A DNA stretch of 64,000 nucleotides from Lama guanicoe (lineage: Eukaryota): contig MU056050.1 in NCBI GenBank assembly GCA_013239625.1, positions 1,660,084 to 1,724,083 on the forward strand. Direction: 5' to 3'. Below the pieces are notes generated by a model, which did no database searches, was not told where the DNA came from, and saw only the letters and a list, made by a program, of their open reading frames with translations. The stretch's first letter is position 1, and every line of letters begins with the position of its first letter. Positions 1 to 13,281 of this stretch are shown one piece after another. Position numbers and translations under genes: made by a program.

Positions 1-104
1 AGGGTAGAGATCTTTGCCTGATTTGTCTACTGGTTTGTCCCAAGCACATAAAACAGTGGGAGTTTGGTATATAGTAGGCTGAGATATTTATTAAATGAAT
101 GAAT
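1..104 (+). mobile_element. L2 LINE 3' terminus
   Basis: Matches the L2 3' end pattern (agggcaggga...tagtagg...tattt...aatgaatgaat) and ends in an (AATG)n tail. Confidence 0.7.
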
Positions 105-463
105 ATTATATGCATAAAATGAATATATTAGTTATAAGAGAATGATTGCTTCCTTCTCCTTTTCATGGCCTGAAATTTTAAAATTTTTATTGAAATTTAG
201 TTTATCTTGATAAGTTAATAAACTATGTAACATGTCAGTTGAATTTATATATTTATATGGAAACTCAAACACCTTTTGTAAAAGAGTCTAGGTCTAATAC
301 ACAGTGAAAATGGTAAATAAACCACTTTGGTAAATTTGCCTCCTGATTCATTTCCTACCATAAGCCTTCCTTGACTATTTCCACCCTACCCTGATTATAC
401 TTTTGCCCATATCTCATTATCACCCTATCCCTAGTTTATTTAGTTGTTTAAGTTATCTAGTTC

Positions 464-646
464 AGTGACTGCCAAACCTGGTTAGTAATTAGGCTCACTG
501 GAGAAATTTTTTAAATTGCAGATGCCTGGACTTTATCCCAAATATACTAAACAATGATCAATAGGCATAGAAACCTGAAATCTTTATTTTTAAGTATTTA
601 TCTACATGATTTGGATGATCACCCAGATTTAGGGCAAAGAACTCTG
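464..646. mobile_element. MER5A-like hAT-Charlie DNA transposon remnant
   Basis: cagtg...aaacctgg...ttaaattgcagatgcctgg...tgatttggatgatcacccagattt resembles MER5A. Confidence 0.55.
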
Positions 647-974
647 AACATGAGTTATAACTCCACAGCCAGATTCCAAGTTCCTAAAATAATGTAATGA
701 AGTCTCCTGTGTTCACCACAAGACTAATTAGATAATAGGACCCTTAAATGTGGATGCTTGATAATCAGAACTAGTTAATCTTGTCCATGACATTTTATTT
801 CATGGCAAGAGTAAATCTTCCCATTTCTATTAATATAAACAACTTAACTTTCAGGGCAATTCATAGCCCCCCATGGCCTGCCCACAGAGCTCTGAGCTTA
901 GAACTCCATCCTCTAAACTGTCTTAGTCAAACTTCTCCTTTTTAAACAGTGATTACATGAGGTTCTTGCTTATT

Positions 975-1110
975 ATGCTGATCAAACTTGCAGATGATCC
1001 AAAGATAGAATCCTATCATATGCTGAATGACATATGAGATCCAGAATTCCCTGAACATGTTAAAATGCTCAGCCAGAACCCAAATAGTGCAATTTCACAG
1101 AGACTGATGT
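975..1110 (+). mobile_element. L3/CR1 LINE fragment (upstream part of a split element)
   Basis: atcaaacttgcagatgatccaaag resembles the CR1 RT 'KFADDTK' region; continues at ~7590. Confidence 0.55.
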
Positions 1111-1124
1111 TATTATTACATCAT

Positions 1125-1250
1125 ACACCAATCTGCTTTTAGGAATCTCTCCTGAAAATAATCAGAATTAGAAAAAAAATTTATGTACAAAGATGTTTAT
1201 TATAATGCTTTTAAAATATGCAAATAATTGTTACTCTAATTATTAAAAAA
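1125..1250 (+). mobile_element. Old L1M (L1MC/L1ME-type) 3' region fragment
   Basis: caatctgcttttaggaatctctcct...tgtacaaagatgtttattataatgc; appears to continue at ~6850. Confidence 0.45.
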
Positions 1251-1410
1251 CAGATTTAAGGAATGTTGAAAGGCACAGAGGAACAATTAAATTCTATGCA
1301 GAAATATTCCATGTAGAAACAACTAATGTACACATGCTGAGGTATTGCCTTTTATTTCATTACTGTAAATGTTTTTTCTTATAAAACTGTAATTATACAT
1401 ACATAATATA

Positions 1411-1867
1411 TTTTTACTGAAGTATAGTCAGTTTACAACATCGTATCAATTTCTGGTGTAAAGCACAATATTTCAGTCACACGTATACATACATATATTT
1501 GTTTTTACATTCTTTTTCATTGTAGGTTACTACAAGACATTGATTATAGTTCCCTGTGCTATACAGTGGAAACTTCTGTCTATCTATTTTATAGATAGTA
1601 GTATCTGCAAATCTCGAACTCCCAATTTATCCCTTCCCACCCCCTTTCCCCTTTGGTAACCATAGTTTTTTTTCTATATCCATGAGTCTGTTTTGGGTTT
1701 GTAAATAGAATTTGTATCACTTTTTTTTTAGATTCCACATATAAATGATATCATGTGATTATTTGTCTTTCTCTGTCTGACTTCACTTAATATAATCTCT
1801 AGGTCCATCCATGTTGCTGCAAATGGCATTATTTCATTTTTTTTTAGGCTGAGTGTATATGTGTGTG

Positions 1868-1913
<46 letters not shown>

Positions 1914-2709
1914 TACATACCACATCTTCTTTATCCAGTCATCTGTTGATGGACATTTAGGTTGTTTCCATGTCTTGGCTATTGTAAATAGTGCTGGTGC
2001 CATGAACATTGGTGTCTTTTCAAACTATAGATTTCTCCAGATATATGCCCAGGAGTGGGATGGCTGGATTATAGGGTAGGTCTATTTTTGTTTTTTTTTT
2101 TAAGGAACCTCCATACTGTCCTCCATAGTGGCTGCACCAATTTACATTCCCACCAACAGTGTAGGAGGGTTCCTTTCTCCCCACACCCTCACTAGCATTT
2201 ATCATTTATAAACTTGTTAATGATGGCCATTCTGACTGGTGTGAGATGATATCTCATTGTACTTTTGATTTGCATTTCTCTAATAATTAGCAATATTGAG
2301 CATCTTTTCATGTGCCTGTTGGTCATCTGTATGTCTTATTTGGAGAAATGTCTATTTAGGTCCTCTTCCCATTTTTTGATTGTTTTTTTTATTAAGCTGT
2401 ATGAGCTGTTTGTATATTTTACAAATTAGTCCCACGTTGGTCATGTCATTTGCAAATATTTTCTTCCATTCCATAAGTTGTCTTCTGATTTTGTTTATGA
2501 TTTCCTTTGCTGTGGAAAAGCTTTTAAGTTTAATTAGGTCCCATTTGTTTATTTTTGCTTTTATTTCCATTATTCTAGTAGCTGGTTTGAAAATAAAATA
2601 TTGCTGAAATTTATGTCAAAGAGTGTTTGAAAAATAGTATCTGGTCTTACTTTTAGGTCTTTAATCCATTTTGAGTTTGTTTTTGTATATGGTGTTAGAC
2701 AATGTTCTA
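1411..2709 (-). mobile_element. Lineage-specific L1, 3' (non-inverted) segment: ORF2 end, 3' UTR and poly(A)
   Basis: Poly-T at 1411; minus-strand ORFs give L1 ORF2 C-terminal peptides ([43 protein letters not shown]). Confidence 0.95.
1853..1920. repeat. (TG)n/(CA)n microsatellite inside L1
   Basis: Directly visible dinucleotide run. Confidence 0.95.
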
Positions 2710-5064
2710 CATATTAGACCAGATGGACTTAATTGATATTTACAGAGCATTCCATTTGAAAGCTGAAGAAGACCCATTCTTCTTAAGTGCACTAGGAACA
2801 TTCTCCAGGATAGATCACATGTTGGCCTACAAAGCAAGCCTTGGTAAATTTAAGAAAACTGAAATCATATCAAGCATCTTTTCTGACCACAATGCTATGA
2901 GATTAGAAATCAACTACAAGAAAAAAAATCCTGCAAAACCCACAAACTTGTGGAGGCTAAACAATATGCTACTAAACAACCAATGGATTACTGAAGAAAT
3001 TGAGGAGGAAATCAAAAAATACTTAGAGACAAATGAAAATGAAAACACAATGATGCAAAACCTATGTGACACAGCAAAGGCAATTCTCAGAGGAAAGCTT
3101 ATAGCAATACAAGCTTACCTCAGGAAGCAAGAAAAATCTCAAATAAACAACTTAACTTTACACCTAAAGCAACTAGAGAAAGAAGAACAAACATAACCAA
3201 AAGTTAGAAGAAGGAAAGAAATCATAAAGATTAGAGCAGAAATAAATGAAATAAGAGAATAAAAAAAAACCCCAAAAAACTAAGAACCAATGAAACTAAA
3301 AGCTGATGCTTTGAAAAGATAAACAAAATTGATAAACCTTTAGCCAGACTCATCAAGAAAAAAAAAAGGGGAGAGGGCCCAAATTAATAAAATTAGAAAT
3401 GAAAAAGGATATGTTACTACTGACACAACAGAAATACAAAGGATCATAAGAGGCTACTGTGAGTAACTATATGCTAACAAAATGGACAACCTAGAAGAAA
3501 TGGACAACTTCTTAGAAAGGTACACTCTTCCAAGACTGAATCAAGAAGAAATAGAAAATATGAACAGACCAATTACCAGCACTCAGATTGAATCAGTAAT
3601 TTAAAAAATCCCAACAAACAAAAGTCCAGTACCAGATGGCTTCACAGGGGAATTCTACCAAACATTCAGAGAAGTGTTAACACCTATCCTTCTGAAACTA
3701 TTCCAAAAAAATTGCAGAGGAAGTAACACTTCTGAACTCATTCTATGAGGCCATTATCACTCTGATACCAAAACCAGGCAAAAATATCACAAAAAAATAA
3801 AATTACAGGCCAATATCACTTATGAATATAGACACAAAAATCCTCAACAAAATACTAGCAAATTGATTCCAACAACACATTAAAAAGATCATACATCATC
3901 ATCAAGTGGGATTTATCCCAGGGATGCAAGAATTTTTTCAATATATGTTAATCAATCAATGTAATATACCACATTAACAAACTGAAGAATAAAAACCGTA
4001 TGATTATCTCAGTAGATGCAGAAAAAGCTTTTGAAAAAATTCAACATCCACTTATGAGAAAAACTCTCTAGAAAGTGGGCATAGAGGGAACATACCTCAA
4101 CATAATAAAGACCATAAATGACAAACTCACAGCTAACATTATTCTCAATGATGAAAAGCTAAAAGCATTTCCTCTAAGATCAGGAATAAGACAGGATGTC
4201 CACTCTCACCACTTTTATTCAGCATAGTTTTGGAAGTCCTAGCCACAGCTATCAGAAAAGAAAAAGAAATAAAAGGAAACAAAATTGGAAAATAAGTAAA
4301 ACTGCCACTGAAGATGATACAATACTATACATAGGAAATCCTAAAGATGCTACCAGAAAACTACTAGAGCTCACCAATGAATTTGGTAAAATTGCAAGAT
4401 AAAAAATTAATATACAGAAATCAGTCGCATTTCTATACACTAACAATGAAATAGCAGAAAAAGAAATCAAGGAAACAATCACTTTACCATTGCATCAAAA
4501 AGAATAAAATACCTAGGAATAAACCTACATAAGGAGGCAAAGGATCTGTACTTTGAAAACTATAAGACACTGATGGAAGAAAGTAAAGACAACACAAACA
4601 GACGGAAAAATATACTGTGCTCTTGGATTGCAAGACTCAATAGTGTTAAAATGGCCATACTACCCAAGGCAATATACAGATTCAATGCAATCCCTATCAA
4701 ATCGCCAATGACATTTTTCACAGAACTGAAGTAAAAAAATGTTAAAATTTGCATGGAAACACAAAAGAGTCCGAATAGCCAAAACAATCTTGAGAAAGAA
4801 GAACCAAGCTGGAGTAATCATGCTCCCTGACTTTAGACTATTCTATAAAGCTATAGTAATCAAAACAGTATGATACTGGCACAAAAACAGACACATAGAT
4901 CAATGGAACAGGGTAGAAAGTCCAGAAACAAACCCATGCACTTAGGGTCAATTAATCTGCAACAAAGGAGGCAAGAATATACAAATGGATAAAAGACAAT
5001 CTCTTCAATAAGTGGGACTGGAAAACTGAACAACTACACATAAAAGAATGAAATTAGAACATTC
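2709..5064 (+). pseudogene. Decayed L1 ORF2 (endonuclease C-terminus through reverse transcriptase); inverted segment of a twin-primed L1
   Basis: ORF 2702-3196 = DQMDLIDIYRAFH...FSRIDHML...IFSDHNAMRLEIN (APE endonuclease SDH motif); ccagatggcttcacaggggaattctaccaa = [10 protein letters not shown]; many stops and frameshifts; FADD motif damaged at ~4305-4320. Confidence 0.95.
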
Positions 5065-5279
5065 GGTTTTGTTTTGTAAATAAGTTCATTTGTGTCTTTT
5101 TCTTTTAGATCCCAGATATAAGTGATAGCATGTAGTATTTTTCTTTCTCTTCCTAGCTTATTTCACTTAGTATGACAATCTCCAAGTCCATCCATGTTGC
5201 TGCAAATGGCATTATTTTGGTTTTTTTTTTATGGCTGAGTAGCATTCCATTGTATGTGTATGTATGTATGTGTGTGTGT

Positions 5280-5321
<42 letters not shown>

Positions 5322-6020
5322 ACACAACTTCTTTATCCAATCATCTATCGATGGATATTTAGGTTGCTACCATGTCTTGGCTACTGTAAATAATGCTGCT
5401 GTGAACATTGGGGTACATGTATCTTTTCAAATTAGAGCTTGCTCTGAATGTATGCCCAGGAGTGGGATTGCTGATCATAGGGTAAGTCTATTTTTAGTCA
5501 TTTGAGGAATCTCCATACTGTTTTCCACAGTGGCTACACCAAACTGCATTACCACCAGCAGTGTAGGAGGGTTCCCTTTTCTCCACACCCTCTCCAGCAT
5601 TTATCATTTGTGGACTTTTTATTGATGGCCATTCTGACAGGTGTGAGGTAACACCTCATTGTAGTTTTGATTCTCATTTCTCTGATAATTAGCATTACTG
5701 AGTATTTGTTCATGTGCCTATTGGCCATTTGAATGTCTTCATTGGAGAATTGCTTGTTTAGATCTTCTGCTGATTTTTGATCGGGTTGTTTGTTTTTTTT
5801 TGTTATTAAGTTGTATGAGTAGTTTATATACTGGACATTAAGCCCTTGTCAGTTGTATCATTTGCAAATATTCTCTCCCATTTGGTAAGTCATCTTTTTT
5901 GTTTTGTTTAGTTTCCTTTGCTGTACAAAAGCTTTTAAGTTTCACTAGGTCCCATTTGTTTATTTTTGCTTTTATTTCTATTGCCTGGGTAGACTGCCCT
6001 AGGAGAACATTGCTAAGATT
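5065..6020 (-). mobile_element. Second lineage-specific L1 3' segment lacking its terminal ~275 bp and poly(A)
   Basis: Homologous to 1689-2610 in the same orientation; contains (TG)n at 5251-5320. Confidence 0.9.
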
Positions 6021-6089
6021 TACATACGTAATACCTTATATTCTGTTCTTTTGACAAATAGCATTGATTATTAGCATTTCTCTATTACA

Positions 6090-6820
6090 CTAAAGAGACA
6101 ATCATTAAAACTGTGTTTTGAATATTCCTATTGTGTGCCATAACTTTTATTGCACATTCTTAGTTTTAAGAATTTAAATTAGATAATAAATATCATATAT
6201 ATATATAACTATTATCATACAGTATATTGAGAAATTATTGTATTAAAAATGTACCCTTGTTTGAGGCATTTGATATATATTACAAATAAATCCTCAGAGA
6301 GGTTGTACAATTTCTTACACAGTAAAAAATTATCTGATTTTTTAAAATATTGCTTCTACTATTACTAGTAAGAAAAACAGTTTATTATATTATGGCAGTT
6401 AGTGAACTATATTTTTTGGCAAATTATCTCAGTGTTTCTTACACATTATACCACTAGGGTTTTAACATTTTTATTATTTACTTGTATGGTTTCTTTATAC
6501 GTTATGAATATTAATCATCATTAAATTTTTTTTTCACAAAATGCCATATACTATTTATCTTCAGATGTGATGCTTTTTGACCTTTAGAATTTCTAACTTT
6601 TGTGCCATCTAATGTATTGATTTTCCCTTTGTGCTTTCTTATGTAACTTCCTTTCCATCAGGTAAAAACTTATAATATATTTTATTTTAGATATTATTGA
6701 CATATATTATTATATATAACTCTTTAATTTTTATAGAAATTATTTTGTTCTGTTCTGTAAGATGAAGGCATAATAGTGCTTTTTTTCAAATAGATAATAC
6801 ACTACCCCAGCATATTACCT
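6090..6820 (-). mobile_element. Highly diverged L1ME-type fragment
   Basis: gatatatattacaaat...agaggttgtacaattt...cccagca motifs of old minus-strand L1. Confidence 0.45.
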
Positions 6821-6849
6821 AAGTGTCTCAGTATTAGTATTACTTAACA

Positions 6850-7560
6850 TTTAAAACAGAAAAATTGAAAACATAAATCTATCAAGAGGGAAATTACTAA
6901 ATGCTACTCGGTGTTAAATACAAATTACTGCAAATCAAGGATATATGCTTACCACTTTTGAAGTATTTTAAGGGCATGGAAACATTCTTTGACATAAAGT
7001 TCAGTAAAAAAATCAGAATATAGAAATATTCATGTATGTCTTAGTCCATTCAGGCTGCTATGGCAAAATACACTGAAAGGGTAGCTTACAAACAACATAA
7101 TTTATCACGGTTCTAGAGATTGAAAGTCCAAGATCAAGGTGCCAGCATGGTCAGGTGAGGGCCACCTTCCAGGCTGCAGACCTCTCATTGTACCCTCACG
7201 TAGGGAACAGGGTGAGGGATCTCTCTGGGTTCTCTTACATAAGAGCATTAATCCCATTCATGAGGTCTCTACTCCTATGACCCAATGACCTCCCAAAGGC
7301 CCTATCTCCTAATACCATCACACTGGGCATTAGGATTTCAACATATAAATTTGAGGGGTGGACACAAGCATTCAGACCATAGCAATACAATACAACTTCA
7401 ATTATCTAAACATCAAAAGTGGAAGAAAATACACCAAACTATCAAAAATTATGTATATATATAATAATAAAATATATATACACTGGCATTACATGTTTTC
7501 CTTTGTATATGTTCTGCATTTTATAAGCTACGTGGAATATTATGCATTACTTACACTGTA
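6850..7560 (+). mobile_element. Old L1M 3' end fragment, interrupted by MLT1A
   Basis: gcatggaaacattctttgacataaagttcagtaaaaaaatcagaatatagaa...ggaagaaaatacaccaaa. Confidence 0.45.
7037..7384 (-). mobile_element. MLT1A-type MaLR solo LTR
   Basis: tgtcttagtccattcaggctgct...cattcagaccatagca, TG..CA termini. Confidence 0.9.
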
Positions 7561-7589
7561 GGTATTTAGGAAAAGCAATTTGCTAATAA

Positions 7590-8205
7590 TAGCTCAAAGG
7601 AAATCAAACTGTATAGGGACATATGTAAAAACGAATATTTAAGTTTTAACTGACATAAGATTAATATAAAAGAATTACTAATATAATCTAGTTATCTAGG
7701 CATCTACATTAACAGAAACATAGTGTCCAATATGGACAGCAACAATCCCACACATTTCTATAAATGGCTGGTCAACAAAGATTACACTGCATTTAGTTCT
7801 GGGTTCCGTATTTTAAAGAGTACTAATGAACTAGAAAGCATTCAGAAAAGGTTTATCAGAGTAGTTAGGATTCAATCTACTTTTTTAAGTATGTGAAATG
7901 GTTAAATGAGCTAAAGATGTCAAAGTCAGAAGACTAAGAGGAAAATTCATTTTTAAATATATGAAGACTGTCTTAGACAAGAGGCAGTTTCTGTCACCTC
8001 CAAACAAAATCAAAAACAAGATAGAATTGAAAGTAACGTTAGAGAAGAAAATTTCACTACAACTTTCTCTGACTAAAATTAGAGAAACAAATTAGAGAAA
8101 CTAGATGGTCAGGATCACTACAGAAAGATTCTTGCTTTAAGTGGCAAGGTAGATTGGATAACCCAAATTTTTTATTTCAACATTGAGAGTCTCTGACTCT
8201 AAGAT
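7590..8205 (+). mobile_element. L3/CR1 LINE 3' region
   Basis: tagttctgggttccgtattttaaagag...aactagaaagcattcagaaaagg resembles the CR1 ORF2 end; 3' end ...ctctgactctaagattatctga. Confidence 0.6.
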
Positions 8206-9095
8206 TATCTGATCACTTTCACTAGGAAAACATATTTTTCTGTTCCACTTACTATCATCCAGAACATGACAAATTCAAATTTGACTTATTTATATGGCAT
8301 TTAAATCTGCTTTTAGGCTAAGAGTTGTAATGTTTCTATAATGAAAAAAGTATATATTGATTCTACAAAAGTGTTTCCAAAAAAGCAAAAAATTAAGTTA
8401 GAAAATGTTTTTAAATTTTATAATGAAAAGCTCAGGAGAGTCATTCAGATAATGGTATTTTGATTAGCATAAGAGATATTTATTATGATACTGCTCACAT
8501 GGTATTAATAATGCTCTGTACATGACAGAAAATATGAATTACAGATAAAATTCAAAGTACAATAGCATCACCATGGTATCAAAGGCCATCATTTCTCTCA
8601 TAATTTATAGAGAGAAAATATCATTATGATTTAAGAAATGTCACTCAAACCTTTTTTATTATGATAAAATATATGTAATTATACTTTTCAAAAGGCATGC
8701 AATTTAATTCCATCGGAGAATATAAAGCAAAACAAGGATTCTACCAATGAGGATTTGAGTTATTTATCAATTTGGAATAAAACTTCTGTGCTCAGATCAG
8801 ACCTGTGTCTGTTTTGTCCATGTGTAACCCAGATAACAGATTCATTTTGAGTCACTTCAACTACCTATGAGCATTACTGAATACCAACAGATATCAGGGC
8901 AATCACAGGATGGTTGGATGTAGCCAAGTCAGCCATTGTGAAAACAGGAGATTTGATGCCCTGATTAGGCTAAGTTAGATAGTTAATAATTAATGAAGGA
9001 ATTAATGAAGTTCCTAATATTTGCCTTCTAGACCTTAAGTCTGGTACAAAGATGTTACTTTTACCAAGCAGTATACAGTTTAATCAGCATTATAA

Positions 9096-9835
9096 GGATA
9101 TGCAGAAAAGGAAACCCTTGTGCACTGTTGGTGAGAATGCAAATTGGTAAAGCCACTACAGAAAACAGTACGGAGGGGTCTCAAAAAATTAAAAACATAA
9201 TTACCACACAATACAGCAATTTCACTCCTGAGTATTTATCCAAAGAAAATGAAAACACTAATTCAAAAAGATATATGCACCCCAATGATCATTGCAGCAT
9301 TATTTATAATAGCCAAAATATGGAAGCAACCTATGTGTCTACTGGAGATGAATGTATAAATAAGATATAGTATGTGTATGTATATATATGTATGTATAAT
9401 GGAATATTACTCAGCCATAAAAATTTAAATCTTGCCATTTGCAACAGCATGGATAGACCTAAAGGGTATTATGTTAAGTGAAATGTCAGACAGAGAAAGA
9501 CAAATATGTTTTCACTTATATATAGAATCTAAAAAACAAAATAAATGAACAAACATAACAAAACAGAAATGGACTCACATATACAGAGAACAGACTAGTG
9601 GTTGCCAGAGGGGAGACAGATGAGAGAATGGGCAAAATAAGTGAAGGGTATTAAGAGGTACAAACTACCAGTTATAAAATAAATAAGTCACAGGATATAA
9701 TGCACAGCACAGGGAATATAATCAATATTGTAATAACTTTATATGATGCACAGTCTATAAAAATATCAAATCATTATGTTATACCCCCAGGACTAATACA
9801 ATATTGTAAGTCAAGTATACTTCAATTTAAAAAAG
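9096..9835 (+). mobile_element. L1 3' fragment (L1MA9-like / laurasiatherian type)
   Basis: L1 ORF2 C-terminus plus 3' UTR ending tatacttcaatttaaaaaa. Confidence 0.9.
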
Positions 9836-9849
9836 GATTTATTTACAAA

Positions 9850-10200
9850 TAAGTAATGCAGGGTGCAAGGTGATATAAACCATAAAAGAAGGGAGAATTA
9901 AGTGTTTTGGGAGTTCAGAGGAGGGAAATATTGCTTTTGGAAAGGAAGACTATGAAGGAAATGATATCTGAGTTTAGCCTAAAAAAAACACATTTAGGGT
10001 TTGGATGAAGAAACATAGGAAAACAAGAGAGGAGCATATTCTATGAGAGGGACAATGGAACTTGCACACATACACGCTGCTGGGAAATAGAAAGCATATT
10101 TAGTAATCACGAGTAGTGCTGCATGGCCGAAGTGAATGGCTGGAAGGAGTGTACCGAGAGAGAAGACTGGAAAGGAAAAGTTGAGAGTGGACTCAGGGTT
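9850..10200 (-). mobile_element. L2 fragment
   Basis: aagtgttttgggagttcagaggaggga...tctgagtttagcct: purine-rich antisense L2 pattern. Confidence 0.55.
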
Positions 10201-10609
10201 AGGTGGGCAAATGTTCTTTCACAGGCTTCTAAGCAATTCTGATTGGCTGCAGTTCCTGCCCAAGGATAGCCTTGCTTTTTGAGGGAGTTAGGAATTAGCT
10301 AGAGTATCCTTAAGCTCCGCGCTGAGAAGAAATCTAGTTGCTTCTTTCTCTCCGGACACCAGCACTTTTACTTGACATTGTCGTGTACAATGATTATTCA
10401 CTGACTATTGAGCGGAATAGTATGTGTGAGTTCAGAGAAAAGGAAATAACATCAGATTCAGATTAAATATGATGTGTAGAAAGGGAAATATTCAGTCAAA
10501 CAAAATAATTTACTGTATGATTTTGAATAATGTGCTTTGTCTTATTCTCCATGTTTGTTCCCCTTAATAAATAAAGGTAGCTGACAGTTTTACCTATATT
10601 TCAATTCAG

Positions 10610-10800
10610 GACTGAAAATAAGATTGAGATCTAACTTCACCTCAGTTATCAAACATGTAGTCAGTTTCTCCTTGAACCAATTTCTATATTTGACATATGC
10701 CAATAAGAGTCCTCATCAGAGATGTTGGAATTGAATTAGTAATATATATAAAGGCTATAACACATTATCCACAGGGCTCACATAGGCAATAAATATGGTA
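10610..10800 (+). mobile_element. MIR SINE
   Basis: Diverged MIR core and 3' end (aatatatataaagg...caataaatatggta). Confidence 0.5.
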
Positions 10801-12205
10801 ATAAAATTACAAGGCAAGAAGCAGGTTGATTAATTTTAACAAATACATATTAAGCACTTAGCTTCCAGCCTAGCATAGATTGTGAGGTACAGCATTCAAG
10901 GGGATCTTGGTAAAGTGACCAGATACTTTATTGTTGAAACCAGTTAACTTTTGAGTAAAAAGGGGGCCACTGTTAGATTATAATGAAATAACAAGTGGTA
11001 AACAAGAGTTATTCTGACAAAACTGGTCATTCTAGATTTTAAAAACGGGGTTTGTGGCTTGAGAGCTGGCACATCAAAACCTCTTAGTGTACTAAGTGGC
11101 ATATAACCAAATCCAAGACGATGTGAGTTGGAAAAAAATAAGAGTTTTGAGAGGAAACTATAATTGAGAACACCAAGTTTGAAATTTGAATAGACGAGAA
11201 ACTTGAGTACACCTAGATATTAAAGTAAAGGAGAGGCAGAAGCAGGAAGAAGTCTGTAATTTAAAATGGAAAGGTAGAATGGAAGCAGATGTGAGAGGAA
11301 GCATGTCTGACCTGAATCTATGCTGAGTCTAGATACAATTTTTTAAAGGATGCCTCCATTGACTCCCATTGGCTCTCCTTGAAAAGCATTCTTAAAAGAC
11401 AGCACTCCTTACTTCTCCTGTAAGAAGTGATTGCCCTCTTTAGAAAACCAACTCCAATTACAGATGTCATGCATGTCAGGGTCAATAGGCAGGGATGTGA
11501 TTACATCAGAAAGTGGTATGCAGTGTGGGTGCTTTAAAATTACTAGGAGAATAATAGTTGGCAATCTTTATGTAAATCAGTAAGCTTTTCTGCCTCTATC
11601 ATTCCCTCCCAGCATGCCAGGAAAAGTGCAAACTTCATCCCTTTGGAAAGAAAATGACTGATGAAATATTAATAAAGATTACTAACAAAATAAGCACTAT
11701 GACTAAGGTTGTAGAGAGCCGTGGGATCTGAATGGTAACAAATTTATTCAGCAACAGGGCAAGTTATTCAGATGTTCTAAAGCAGATGACACCACCTCTG
11801 TAAACTGCAGGGGGCCTTTGAGAGTGAGGCTGCGTGGGGGGGGGGACACTTGAAAGAAGGGAGTTATTTATTAGGATTAAATAGTAGTCAAAAAGAAGGG
11901 GGAATTTCAATGAAAAGCTCACAGCACATTCACACAGTAGCACGGAGGCCTTCGTTTCCTCTCCAAAATTGTTACGTTTCCCTAATCTTGCCTTCCTGAT
12001 CGTCACAGGAATTGATTTCAGCCACACATTCTCCTCAGCACAAGGCCACAGTGCTGAGACTTTGGGAACATATGCATATGTGACTGGCTAAAGTGGATTT
12101 TTCAAGTTAAAAAAATCAAATAGTGAGACTTGGACATTTCCAGTGATAGCTGAAACAATGTAATTCAGAGACAATTTTACCCATTTTCAGATTCTTATTT
12201 TAGAT

Positions 12206-12581
12206 TGTCTAAGTCAGCTTGGACTGCTATAACAAAATACAATTACTTGGGTGGCTTAAGTGACATTTATATTCTCACAGTTCTGAGATCAGGAAGCCAG
12301 CATGGTCAAGTTCTGGCGAGAGCCCTCTTCTGATTTGCAGACAGCCACCTTGTCCCTTTGTGCTCACATGGTCTTTATTTGGTGTATGCATGTGGATGGG
12401 GGAGCTCAGGTCTCTCTTCCTCTTCTTATAAGGACACTGATGCCATTATGAGGTCTCATACTCATAACCTCATCTAAACCTGAATCACCTCCCAAAGGCT
12501 CCACTTCCAAATACCATCACATTGGGGGTTGGGGCTTCGACATATGAATTTTGAGGGCACACAAACATTCAGTCCATAACA
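12206..12581 (-). mobile_element. MLT1A0-type MaLR solo LTR
   Basis: tgtctaagtcagcttggactgctataacaaaatac...cattcagtccataaca. Confidence 0.9.
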
Positions 12582-12707
12582 GAGACTTAGCTGGTGACCC
12601 CCTTGGGGGAAAGGCCAGAAGGGAACCACTGTCTCTTACATGTAGAATCAAAACATGTCCCATCTTCCCCACCGTTTCCTGAACTCAGTTGTTATTTACC
12701 CTGCCTA

Positions 12708-12782
12708 GACAGAGAGAGAGACTGAGAGAGAAAGAGGGAAAGAGGGAGGGAGGGAGAGAGAGTACAAGAGGGCAAGAGAGTG
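12708..12782. repeat. GA-rich simple repeat
   Basis: (GA)n/(GGGA)n tract. Confidence 0.85.
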
Positions 12783-12939
12783 AGCTAGCTCTAGCAGGGT
12801 ACAAATGAGTCATGTTCAACAAGCTGAGGGACTTACATTCAATAAGGATATCCAAAGCGACCACAGCATGTCATGTCTGGTAGCACCTCAAGCTTTTTAA
12901 TGAAGGCTTAGGGATGAGGGTTACTTTCTGCATCTGTGG

Positions 12940-13281
12940 TATCTTAGTCAATTTGGGCTGCTGTAACAAAATTACCCTAGGCTGGGTGGCTTATAAACAC
13001 AGAAATTTATTTCTCACAGTTCTGCACACTGGGAAGTCCAAGATCATGGCACTGGCAGATTTGCTGCGGGGTGGGAGCCTGCTTCCTGGTTCATGGACAT
13101 TGTCTTCTTGCTGTGTTCTCACATGGCAGTGGGGGTGAGGGAGCTCTCTGAGTCTCCTTTATAAGGCACTAATCCCATTCTCATGACCTAATCACTTCCC
13201 AAAGGCCCCACCTCCTAATACCATCACATTGGGGATTTCAACATACGAATTTGGGAGGACATAAACATTTAGTCTAGAGCA
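12940..13281 (-). mobile_element. MLT1A-type MaLR solo LTR
   Basis: Typical MLT1A body; 5-bp TSD tgtgg/tgtag. Confidence 0.9.

Noticed and set aside
2702..3196. 164-aa ORF as a functional gene
   Set aside because: It is an internal L1 ORF2 fragment whose ATG is created by the inversion junction; downstream ORF2 is broken by stops and frameshifts.
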